Below are positions 53,169 through 61,182 of a DNA stretch of 64,000 nt, piece after piece. Made by a program: the position numbers and the translations under genes. Position 1 is the stretch's first letter; each line of letters opens with the position of its first letter. This stretch comes from an uncultured Clostridia bacterium (lineage in GTDB: Bacteria > Bacillota > Clostridia > Christensenellales > Borkfalkiaceae), in assembly GCA_964594955.1 (NCBI GenBank), contig CAZQNK010000002.1, forward strand, positions 13,037 to 77,036. The letters are read 5' to 3'. The notes below the pieces were generated by a model, which was not told the origin of the DNA, did no database searches, and was given only the letters and a program-made list of their open reading frames with translations.

Positions 53169-53753
53169 TTATGCCTGCGTCTCCGACGGGTTTTCCTCTT
53201 TCTCTTTCGGTCTGCCGTCAATAAATGCCGAAACGCCTTTCTTCTGCAAGCGCAAAACGGCAAAGTACAGCAATGAGCCGAGCGCATAAATCCACAGCCC
53301 TTCGGTTGCGCACATGGAGCCGAAATAGAACCAATAGGCGACGGCGGCGCTTTCATAACCGTCTGCCCCGCCGCATAGGAAAACTATTACAAGCGGAATT
53401 ATAAAGGCGTTTATTATTATGGGAAAAAATCCGCCTGCTATGACCTTTGCCGCATGGTTTTTAATAAGTCTGCCCGCGCCGTAAGTGCACAGCGCGGCAA
53501 CCAAAGTCGCCAATCCGCCGACGGGAACGTCGTACATGACGAACGGCGAAGCGACGTTTGCAAGCATGCAGCCTATCCAAAGTCCTGGAACGGCTTCGGG
53601 AAAGAAAAGCGGCAATATGCACAGCGCTTCGGCGGGGCGTATCTCGGGTATTCCTTCATACGCTATCGCGCCGAAAGCGTAGGTGAGTGCGACGTACAGC
53701 GCGGCGATTATGCCTGCGCGGCAAAGTCTTTTGGTTGTGAAAATGTTTTTCAT
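53169..53753 (-). CDS. queT: queuosine-precursor transporter QueT (ECF S-component-like)
   Basis: 194 aa from MKNIFTTKRL. IIAALYVALTYAFGAIAY...EALCILPLFFPEAVPGLWIGCMLANV...GGLATLVAALCTY matches my memory of QueT. The longer track ORF (to 53888) would run through the leader RNA structures. Confidence 0.8.
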   Translation of the reverse strand: MKNIFTTKRLCRAGIIAALYVALTYAFGAIAYEGIPEIRPAEALCILPLFFPEAVPGLWIGCMLANVASPFVMYDVPVGGLATLVAALCTYGAGRLIKNHAAKVIAGGFFPIIINAFIIPLVIVFLCGGADGYESAAVAYWFYFGSMCATEGLWIYALGSLLYFAVLRLQKKGVSAFIDGRPKEKEENPSETQA

Positions 53754-53778
53754 GATTTTTTTCGCAGATCCGCGGCTT

Positions 53779-53811
53779 AAAAAAGCGGACGGCAAATTAA
53801 AAACCGTCCGC
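53779..53811 (-). terminator. intrinsic terminator inside the queT leader (candidate riboswitch expression platform)
   Basis: Minus strand: GCGGACGG-tttttaatttg-CCGTCCGC followed by TTTTTT. It ends about 25 nt before the queT ATG. Confidence 0.65.
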
Positions 53812-53847
53812 GTTAATCGGGGCATATGTGCCCCCGAATCTGCATTT

Positions 53848-53890
53848 CTCCTCGGTTTTTTTAATAGATGTGTTGAGCCGAAAACCATCT
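53848..53890 (-). promoter_or_regulatory. preQ1-I-like riboswitch aptamer candidate
   Basis: Minus strand: AGAUG-GUUUUCGGCUCAACA-CAUCU-AUUAAAAAAA-CCGAGGAG. It has a 5-bp P1, an A-rich tail, and a possible P2 (loop UCGG with tail CCGA). This parallels the B. subtilis queC aptamer AGAGGUUCUAGCUACACCCUCUAUAAAAAACUAAGG (from memory), and it sits upstream of queT. Confidence 0.5.
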
Positions 53891-53968
53891 TGCGGGGCGT
53901 ACCCCGTTAACGGGCGCCTGTTTTGCGCCCGCTTTATTTAATTTTAAATTAAGCCCGTTAAGGCAAAA

Positions 53969-54871
53969 TTATTCCTTGTCTTCTCCCTGCTCTTCGCTCT
54001 TTTTGGAGTTGCTGTTGCCGAGATAAGTGCCGAAATAAATTTCTTTTTTGCCGCGTTTTGCGCCGCCCGAAGGACGCCCGCCCTGACGTCTGTCGTCGCG
54101 TCTGTCACGGTTTCCCCTTTCGTTTTTGCCGCTGCGGTCGCGCTTATCGAAGCGTCTTTCGCCTTTTTCATAACGTTCGCCGCGGTCGCGCCCGTCGCGG
54201 GGATATCTTTCGCCCCTTTCGCGGCGTTCGCCGTAGCGCAAACCCTTATCGTAAGGTTTTGCGTTGTTGGGGATAACCACGACATACCTTGCGGGTTCTT
54301 TGCCTTCCGAAACTGTCTTTACGTCGGTATTATCGACAAGGGCGGCGTGTATTATGCGCCTTTCATAGGGGTTCATGGGTTCGAGCATAAGCTTTCTGCC
54401 CGTTTCAACCGCGCGTTTTGCAAGTTTATCGGCAAGTTTTTTTAAAGTTTCCTCGCGCTGTTCGCGGTAATTTTCGCAATCGACAACCACTTTTTTATAT
54501 TCTTCCCTGCCGATATTCGCAGCCGCGCCCGCCATGCACTGTATTGCGTCCAACACGTCGCCGCGCTTTCCTATTACGCGAGCCGAATTGGGAGTTTCTA
54601 TATTGATTTTTATGCTGTCTTCATCGGAAACGATGACTCCTTTGCCCGGAATTCCGAGAATGGACAAAAGCCCGTCTATAAATTCCGCGGCGCGTTCCGC
54701 GTCCGTCTGTTTGCGCGTGATTTTTACTTTTGCCTTTACAGAACCGAAAAGTTTCTTTTTCCCCTCTTCCAGAACTTCGATTTCTGCGTCCACGAGGGTT
54801 ATTCCAAGCGTTTTAAGACCCTCTTCAATAGCTTCGTCCACGGTCTTTGCCGTAAAGATATTTTCTTGCAT
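53969..54871 (-). CDS. khpB: Jag/KhpB RNA-binding protein (Jag_N, KH, R3H) with an Arg/Gly/Glu/Asp-rich tail
   Basis: 300 aa. The KH region is VIGKRGDVLDAIQ and the R3H region is MNPYERRIIHAAL. The last 98 aa or so are GERRERGERYPRDGRDRGERYEKGERRFDKRDRSGKNERGNRDRRDDRRQGGR... Confidence 0.9.
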   Translation of the reverse strand: MQENIFTAKTVDEAIEEGLKTLGITLVDAEIEVLEEGKKKLFGSVKAKVKITRKQTDAERAAEFIDGLLSILGIPGKGVIVSDEDSIKINIETPNSARVIGKRGDVLDAIQCMAGAAANIGREEYKKVVVDCENYREQREETLKKLADKLAKRAVETGRKLMLEPMNPYERRIIHAALVDNTDVKTVSEGKEPARYVVVIPNNAKPYDKGLRYGERRERGERYPRDGRDRGERYEKGERRFDKRDRSGKNERGNRDRRDDRRQGGRPSGGAKRGKKEIYFGTYLGNSNSKKSEEQGEDKE

Positions 54872-56103
54872 TACTTTAACCTCTTTCTATTCGACGTGCG
54901 CGGATCATCCAATCCTTTTTTTTCGAAACGCACGGATACTACCTTATTTATAATCAGCGTTGAAATTAAGCTGTACGTTGTATTTACTATCATGTACATT
55001 GAGAACGCCGCGCTGTAAAAGAACGAGAATAAACCGAAAATTATCGGCATTATAATCATCATCCATTTGTTTGTGCTTGCTGCCGAACCGTCTACCGAGC
55101 TCAATTCGTTTGTAGCCTTTTGGGAACGCATCGTAACGAACTGTTGAAGGAACATCATGCCTATCGCAAGCACGATGAGAACGAAATAGCCGTTATAAGT
55201 ATCCTTTTCGGTTGAAAGGTTGTAAGTTACTTCGTTATAGCTTTCCTCATAAGTGTCGGGTATACTGGAACCCACAGCAGCACGCGCAACTGCCGAAGAG
55301 AAATCCGAGAAAGAGGGGACTTCTTTATTCATCATAGAGTCGGGATACCATACGTTGCCTATCCAGAAGAACGAGGTTACGTCCTTATTGGCGTCGTACG
55401 CTTCTTTTGCCGCCTCGCGCGCGTTCAATTGTATATATTTTACAACTACTTCGTTTTTATCCGCCTCGGTTGTACACTCATCGAAGGGCGAACTTCCGTT
55501 TTCTTTTTCATAATATGCTTCGAACCTGTCGTAATCCACAAAGTATGCGTCTTTATAATTATCGTCCGCAACGAGGAAATGGTTTTCCTGCGAATCGTCC
55601 TTTCCCGATATGACGTAATCGAGCACGCTTTCATTGTAAGCCGCTACGAGATTGTTATATGTGGTCAAATTTGCATAATTGGAGTACGTCGAAAAGGACG
55701 AAAACACGACCATGAATATCACAAGCGAAATCAGCATGGGAAGACAGGCGCCGAACGGCGAATAGCCGTTTTGCTTTTGCAATTCCATATACTTCTGGTT
55801 GTACATATTTTTATCGTTGGCGTACTGCTTTTGCAATTTTTCCATCTGGGGGCGCATTTTTTCCATTAAAAGCGCCTGCTTTTTTGTCTTTACCCTTGAA
55901 AAAACATCCAGAGGGAGAACTATCGTCTTTAAAATAAGAGTAAAGCAAATTGCGCCTATCGCCACGCCCGCATAGTTGTCGGCAAACAGGTCGAAAAGCC
56001 AGCTTATAAGCTTTGCTATCCAGTTAAGATCTATTGATGGTATCTCTTCGACGCCCGCCTGAATGGCCTCCTGCGAAGTTGCAAGCAAATTAAATATATT
56101 CAT
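54871..56103 (-). CDS. yidC: YidC/Oxa1-family membrane protein insertase
   Basis: 410 aa. PLDVFSRVKTKKQALLMEKMRPQMEKLQKQY and the NGYSPFGACLPMLISL core. Longer than typical Bacillota YidC because of an insert of about 130 aa. Position is between jag and yidD/rnpA. Confidence 0.9.
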   Translation of the reverse strand: MNIFNLLATSQEAIQAGVEEIPSIDLNWIAKLISWLFDLFADNYAGVAIGAICFTLILKTIVLPLDVFSRVKTKKQALLMEKMRPQMEKLQKQYANDKNMYNQKYMELQKQNGYSPFGACLPMLISLVIFMVVFSSFSTYSNYANLTTYNNLVAAYNESVLDYVISGKDDSQENHFLVADDNYKDAYFVDYDRFEAYYEKENGSSPFDECTTEADKNEVVVKYIQLNAREAAKEAYDANKDVTSFFWIGNVWYPDSMMNKEVPSFSDFSSAVARAAVGSSIPDTYEESYNEVTYNLSTEKDTYNGYFVLIVLAIGMMFLQQFVTMRSQKATNELSSVDGSAASTNKWMMIIMPIIFGLFSFFYSAAFSMYMIVNTTYSLISTLIINKVVSVRFEKKGLDDPRTSNRKRLK

Positions 56104-56107
56104 TATA

Positions 56108-56398
56108 TCACATGACCCATTTCAATTTTAAATAGTTTTCAGGCGCGGGGTCGTAGCCGCCTTTGGAAAAAGGATTGCATCTGAGTATACGCCACATTCC
56201 CGCAATTATTCCCGATATCACGCCTAAATTATTTATGGAACGCAGGGTATATTCCGAGCAGGTAGGTTCATACAGACAGGTATGGCGGGAGAGGCGCTTC
56301 TGGTAAAATATTATAAGCCTCATACAGCCCGCCTTGATAAAGGGTTTAAAAACTCTTTTTCTGAGTATTTTCCATACCTTTTTCAGCCTTTTCCGCAT
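56108..56398 (-). CDS. yidD: membrane protein insertion efficiency factor YidD
   Basis: Core LIIFYQKRLSRHTCLYEPTCSEYTLRSINNLGVISGIIAGMWRILRCNPFSKGGYDP. The real start may be the internal Met at 56323 (71 aa). Confidence 0.88.
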   Translation of the reverse strand: MRKRLKKVWKILRKRVFKPFIKAGCMRLIIFYQKRLSRHTCLYEPTCSEYTLRSINNLGVISGIIAGMWRILRCNPFSKGGYDPAPENYLKLKWVM

Positions 56399-56712
56399 GA
56401 ATTTATCCTTTTAAAACAGGAAACAAGGCTTTTTTTATAGCCTTCGTATGAATAATCTTCACATATCTTAGGAATTATTATAACCGAATAGGGCTTGTCC
56501 AACATATCGCAGCTGTCGTTAAAAGCCGCTTTGGCAAGTCTTTTTATCCTGTTTCTTTTAACCGCCTTGCCGTGTTTTTTCGATACGGCAACCGCCATTG
56601 AAAGTGTTTCGGAGGGAAAATATAATAACGTTATATAAGGGGAAAATACCCTTTTTCCCCTCTTAAACAGTTTCTGAAAATCGGTGTTTTTTTTGATTTT
56701 TAGGTACTTCAC
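56383..56712 (-). CDS. rnpA: ribonuclease P protein component
   Basis: 109 aa. KNTDFQKLFKRGKRV...VSKKHGKAVKRNRIKRLAKAAF (RNR motif). Directly downstream of rpmH. Confidence 0.92.
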   Translation of the reverse strand: MKYLKIKKNTDFQKLFKRGKRVFSPYITLLYFPSETLSMAVAVSKKHGKAVKRNRIKRLAKAAFNDSCDMLDKPYSVIIIPKICEDYSYEGYKKSLVSCFKRINSCGKG

Positions 56713-56723
56713 CTTTTATGCCG

Positions 56724-56858
56724 TTAAGCCGAGATGCGTTTTCTGCCCTTGTTTCTTCTTCTTTTCAATACCTTTCTGCCGGCAGTGGAGGACATTCTCT
56801 TTCTGAATCCGTGTACCTTGCTTCTCTGTCTTTTTTTTGGTTGATAAGTTCTTTTCAT
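56724..56858 (-). CDS. rpmH: 50S ribosomal protein L34 (44 aa; below the ORF-track cutoff)
   Basis: Own translation: [44 protein letters not shown]. Confidence 0.95.
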   Translation of the reverse strand: MKRTYQPKKRQRSKVHGFRKRMSSTAGRKVLKRRRNKGRKRISA

Positions 56859-56955
56859 TTTCTTTTTCCTTTTTATTTATTATATTGGTGAACCGACAGG
56901 CATAATCGGTTTATTTGAATCGGCTAATTAATAATAAAGCAAAAAATGCTTACTG

Positions 56956-58062
56956 TCAAGCGTTATTGGACATTCTGACAGGCAAAATAAGGTACAATAC
57001 GTCCTTATTTTCAATATTTTGGCAGATAAAGGGATCTACTTGCCTGTTCAGCGATATAACTATTTCATCTTCCGTAAGCGCGTTTACCGCCTCTATAATG
57101 AATTTAGAATTCATTGCTATACATACGTCCTTACCCTCGGTGGTTGCTTTCACGCTTTCCTGAACGTTTCCTATTTCTGAAGCGGAAGAAATTTCTATTT
57201 TATCTGTGGTAATATCGAAGATTATGAGGTTGTTTTTATCTCCCCTCACCAAAATTGCGGCACGCTCTATGCTCGCTTTCAATTCCTCTTTGTTTACCCT
57301 TGTCGTAGTTATAAAAGTTTTGGGTATTATATTGTCCTTTTTTATAAAGTCGCCGCCGTACAGTCTTGAAGTGAGAACGGTGCTATCGGAAGAAACAAGT
57401 ATCATTCCGCGCTGGATGAAAATTTCCGTCTCTTCAGCGTCGTCGGGTATCATTTTTTCTATTTCATTCAGCGTTCTTGCAGGGCAGACGATATCTATAT
57501 TGCCCGTAGAAGAAGAAACTTTTCCGTTTACGGTGGCAAGCCGGAACCCGTCAAGGGAGGTAACGCAAATATTTCCGTCGTTTATAATAAATTGGCAGCC
57601 CTTTAAGATAGGTCTTGAATCGTCCGTCGCGCAGCAGAAAGAAGTGGATCTTATAAATTTTTTAAGATCCTCCGTCTTTAATTTAAAGCTGTTTTCGTTT
57701 ATCTGCGTATCGATTTTGGGAAAATCGTCCGCGGAGAGCACTTGCATGCTCGTCTGGCTGTCCGCATAGAAAATATCCATGCGCCTGCCGTCGGACGACA
57801 AAGTAAGCTGTACGCCTTCAAGTTTTTTAATGAAGTCCGAAAAATATTTGCCGGGAACGCATATTTCGCCTTCCTCGCAAATCTCTGCCTTTATTGTTTT
57901 TATAATTGATATTTCACCGTCCGTGGCGGAGAGGGTAAGCGTATCGTTTTTGGCTGAAAGTTTTATACATTCGTATATCGGCACAGTAGTTTTTGAAGCA
58001 CAAGCTTTAACAACCTTCAACACAGCGTCCGACAGATCTATGCCTTCACAATATAATTTCAT
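56956..58062 (-). CDS. dnaN: DNA polymerase III beta subunit (sliding clamp)
   Basis: 368 aa with three-domain clamp length. MKLYCEGIDLSDAVLKVVKACASKTTVPIYECIKLSA..., ...RPILKGCQF..., C-terminal LYLILPVRM. AGGAGG SD. Confidence 0.92.
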   Translation of the reverse strand: MKLYCEGIDLSDAVLKVVKACASKTTVPIYECIKLSAKNDTLTLSATDGEISIIKTIKAEICEEGEICVPGKYFSDFIKKLEGVQLTLSSDGRRMDIFYADSQTSMQVLSADDFPKIDTQINENSFKLKTEDLKKFIRSTSFCCATDDSRPILKGCQFIINDGNICVTSLDGFRLATVNGKVSSSTGNIDIVCPARTLNEIEKMIPDDAEETEIFIQRGMILVSSDSTVLTSRLYGGDFIKKDNIIPKTFITTTRVNKEELKASIERAAILVRGDKNNLIIFDITTDKIEISSASEIGNVQESVKATTEGKDVCIAMNSKFIIEAVNALTEDEIVISLNRQVDPFICQNIENKDVLYLILPVRMSNNA

Positions 58063-58127
58063 AGTTTATCCTCCTTGATGAATGTATTATATTAAAAGAA
58101 ATAAATGGTAGATTTATTAGTAAGCGG

Positions 58128-58369
58128 CGTGGAAATGTTGATAAAAAAATTTTTTTGTACGCCGACAGACATATAATACCAAAAATCAGGCGAAAAAGCA
58201 AATAAATAAGGAATATTTATGGTGTGGAAAAGAAGAAATTTTTTTGTTGAAAATTTGTTTATTATTTGTTGATGAGTGGAAGAATAAAAAGGAATAAAAT
58301 TTTATGATCGGATAAAAAAAAGATAAATTTTATTTAAAAAGGAGATTTCCACATAAAAATTGTGGAATG
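58128..58369. other. DnaA-box-like cluster in an AT-rich gap (candidate oriC segment)
   Basis: Five GTGGAA/TTCCAC cores in 240 bp: cGTGGAAat 58128, TGTGGAAAA 58223 (1 mismatch from TGTGGATAA), aGTGGAAga 58275, aTTTCCACA 58345, TGTGGAAtg 58361. The last two form an inverted pair. Long A/T runs lie between them. Confidence 0.55.
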
Positions 58370-58384
58370 TAAATAAACCATTTG

Positions 58385-58413
58385 TTGAAATTGTTGAAAA
58401 ATGCTGTTATAAT
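58385..58413 (+). promoter_or_regulatory. near-consensus sigma-A promoter for rsmG (extended -10)
   Basis: TTGAAA (58385-58390), 17-nt spacer, TGtTATAAT (58405-58413). The predicted start site falls on or within 2 nt of ATG 58421. Confidence 0.55.
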
Positions 58414-58420
58414 ATTATTT

Positions 58421-59101
58421 ATGAATGAAAAAGTTTGCCTTGAAATGATTGAAAAAATATATGCGGAAAAATTTTCGGCGTTTGAAAATTTACTGCTGGA
58501 ATACAATAAAAAGTTCAATCTGACTGCCGTTTGCGACCATGAAGGGGTAAAAATAAAGCATTTTTTGGACAGTATTCTGCCTTTGGAATATTTTACGGAG
58601 GGCGCCGACGTTGCAGAGATAGGTTCGGGAGGGGGATTTCCCTCAATTCCGTTAAAGATTGTGAGGGACGATTTAAGCTTTACTTTGATAGAAAGCACGG
58701 GTAAAAAATGCGGGTTTTTAAGGGAAGCTGTGGATAAACTTTCCTTAAAATGTGTAAAAGTGCTGAATATCCGCGCCGAGGACGGGGCAAGGGACTTTAA
58801 TTACAGGGAAAAATTCGATATTTGCTGTGCAAGAGCGGTTGCAAGATTGAATACTTTGTGCGAATATTGCCTTCCTTATGTAAAACCGGGAGGAAGTTTT
58901 ATAGCTTACAAGGGAGATTGCGAAGAGGAAATCGCCGAAAGTCTCAATTGCATAAAAATACTCGGAGGAGAGATTGACCGCGTTGAAAAATATAATTTAC
59001 CCGACGGCGGCGCAAGAACGGTTATACAAATTAAAAAAACAGCCCTGACTCCCGCAAAATATCCGCGCGGACAGGGCAAGGAAAGAAAAAATCCCCTTTG
59101 A
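58421..59101 (+). CDS. rsmG: 16S rRNA (guanine527-N7)-methyltransferase
   Basis: About 226 aa from MNEKVCLEMIEKIY. YNKKFNLTAV...KHFLDSI, and the SAM motif AEIGSGGGFPSIPLKI. The track start at 58382 would overlap the promoter. Confidence 0.9.
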   Translation: MNEKVCLEMIEKIYAEKFSAFENLLLEYNKKFNLTAVCDHEGVKIKHFLDSILPLEYFTEGADVAEIGSGGGFPSIPLKIVRDDLSFTLIESTGKKCGFLREAVDKLSLKCVKVLNIRAEDGARDFNYREKFDICCARAVARLNTLCEYCLPYVKPGGSFIAYKGDCEEEIAESLNCIKILGGEIDRVEKYNLPDGGARTVIQIKKTALTPAKYPRGQGKERKNPL

Positions 59102-59129
59102 TTGATTAAAATTTGTGGTGTGATTTGAA

Positions 59130-59582
59130 ATGGCAAATAAAGCGTGTGCGTTCACGGGGCACAGGATAATTCCGAGAAATTTTGACTGTAACTTGTTGGA
59201 CAGGGTCATTTATAACTTAATAATAAACGGTTACGGCCGCTTTTTGTGCGGCATGGCGAAGGGATTCGACCAGCTTGCGGCGGAGAGCGTTATAAATTAT
59301 AAGCGCAAATTCGATATAGAGCTTGTTGCCTGTATTCCCTGTGAGAGCCAAAGCGGAAATTTTTCTGCCTATACGCTTGCAAAATATGAAAATATTCTTA
59401 AATTTTGCGATGAAAAAGTCGTTCTTTCTGAGGAATATTTCAGCGGCTGCATGCAGAACCGCGACAGATATCTTGTAGACAACTGCGACGTGCTTGTCAG
59501 TTTGTTGAGAAGAAACAGCGGAGGAACCTTTTATACGGTAAATTACGCGCGTTCCAAGGGAATAAAAATAATAGAACTTTAA
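59130..59582 (+). CDS. SLOG-family protein (DUF1273 / YpsA-like)
   Basis: 150 aa. N-terminal CAFTGHR, GMAKGFDQLAAESV, and C-terminal NSGGTFYTVNYARSKG. This pattern is typical of DUF1273. Confidence 0.6.
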   Translation: MANKACAFTGHRIIPRNFDCNLLDRVIYNLIINGYGRFLCGMAKGFDQLAAESVINYKRKFDIELVACIPCESQSGNFSAYTLAKYENILKFCDEKVVLSEEYFSGCMQNRDRYLVDNCDVLVSLLRRNSGGTFYTVNYARSKGIKIIEL

Positions 59583-59630
59583 AAATTATTTCAGATTGTA
59601 TTAAAACTAAACCGCATGCTTTAAAAAATT

Positions 59631-60017
59631 ATGAAAATATTGAAAAAATTGCTCCGCAGAAACAGAGAAAAAAGTAAGATCGATAGCGGTGAGGCCGTTT
59701 TAAAATCCCGAAGCGGGATAATTGACGAAATGTACGGCAAAGACGAAGATTGCGTTAACGGCGAAGTTCTGAAAGTCGTTTACAGCAGAGATAAATGCAA
59801 GAGATTTATAGTTTTTTCATCGGATAAGGGATATGTAAGTTATATTTTTGAAAAACTGCATATATCCGATGAAGAGGAAATATTATATTTCGGCAGGGCT
59901 TGCTATTGGGAGCCGACGGGTTGTAACGGGTCCGTTTATACTGATTTTGACGAGGCGATGGAACAGCTTGTCTTTGAGCCGGAATACAAGAAATATTTTT
60001 CCGAAGAAGGAGAGTGA
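59631..60017 (+). CDS. hypothetical protein
   Basis: 128 aa. Soluble, no recognisable motif, same strand as the neighbouring genes. Confidence 0.5.
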   Translation: MKILKKLLRRNREKSKIDSGEAVLKSRSGIIDEMYGKDEDCVNGEVLKVVYSRDKCKRFIVFSSDKGYVSYIFEKLHISDEEEILYFGRACYWEPTGCNGSVYTDFDEAMEQLVFEPEYKKYFSEEGE

Positions 60018-60481
60018 TTTTTAAGCGGCTTGCTTTTGAAATTTTATATGATAGTTTGGCGCGTTTTTTGGCGGACGAATTATGTTTTTTTGTTTTTAAT
60101 TATTCGTAAAATATTTTTAAGCAATTTGTTCGGCGCACAAAAAATTATTTTGCGCTGCGACGGTTATATTAATTTTGCGCCTTGAATTCTGCGCTTTTAA
60201 AATATCCGATTGAATATTATAAAAAGACGTCCGTCGTTTAAATTTTTAAACGGCGGGCGTTATGTAATTACGTTTTGGCGCTTATTTCGCACGGCGTGCC
60301 CGAGAGCAAATATAAAATCAGGATAAAAAAAAGATAATTATCCCCTTTATCGTTTCTGCACGGACGGTCTGCTTCTCTTGCGCCCGAAGAAAAGACCGTA
60401 CATTCAGGATCGCTGCGCGGTTCATGGAGATATACTGCTGTATTTGGGGTTGGGGATATATCGGAAAAACTCATCTATATA

Positions 60482-61066
60482 TTATATTACATTGCCGTTA
60501 AATTTGACACATCTTTCGTTTTTGGCGGAACCGCTGAGATTTTCAAGAATATAATTACATATACCTTCTGAAATTATATCCGACATTTTATATATTATGT
60601 TCAGTCTGGTGGAAGAAAAAAGCGAATAGTTGAAAACTGATTTTTCCGCCACGATACCCATTATGGAAACGTCTCCGACCTTTGAAAGCTTTTTATTTGC
60701 CCCGCTGCCGGGTTTTAAACCGCGCGGAGCAATTTTGATAAGACCGATGTCGCCTGCAAGTCCTACGGCTGCGTCCACCGCTATTATAGCGCTATCCGGA
60801 TGTGTGGCGCGCAGAAATTCATTCATATATTTTACTTCATGCGCTGTAATTGGCTTTGCAAGCGTTCCGTAAACATAGCAATTCAGGCCGCTTAATTTTT
60901 CTTTTAGTTTTGTGCCCGTAACAGGACCGAGACTGTCGCCTACGGACAAATCGCTGCCGATACACAGAATGACGGGCATATTTTGTTTTTCGGGAACGAC
61001 CTTTTTTAATGAAAGACAAACGCCTTCGGAAGCCATACCGTTATATAAATTGAAAGAATAGTCCAT
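60482..61066 (-). CDS. yyaC: spore-protease-like protein YyaC (DUF1256)
   Basis: 194 aa. PVILCIGSDLSVGDSLGPVTG...VDAAVG...GLIKI matches the YyaC family. Origin-proximal as in Bacillus. Confidence 0.8.
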   Translation of the reverse strand: MDYSFNLYNGMASEGVCLSLKKVVPEKQNMPVILCIGSDLSVGDSLGPVTGTKLKEKLSGLNCYVYGTLAKPITAHEVKYMNEFLRATHPDSAIIAVDAAVGLAGDIGLIKIAPRGLKPGSGANKKLSKVGDVSIMGIVAEKSVFNYSLFSSTRLNIIYKMSDIISEGICNYILENLSGSAKNERCVKFNGNVI

Positions 61067-61182
61067 AAAAACCTCTGGAAAGTTATTGCCATTTATTTTA
61101 ATTATAATACGTTGGCATTAAAAACAGTGAATTTCTGTCGGGAGCGGGATTTGAAAGCCCTTTATATAGTTGATAGCATATT

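Noticed and set aside
53754-53888. N-terminal 45-codon extension of the queT ORF, plus similar extensions at 41043-41165 (yaaT), 35046-35081 (GLUG lipoprotein), 44042-44152 (decarboxylase), 58382-58420 (rsmG) and 11047-11076
   Set aside because: Each extension lacks an SD and runs through RNA structures, a promoter or a duplicated non-coding repeat. An internal Met with a proper SD and a family-typical N-terminus exists in each case.
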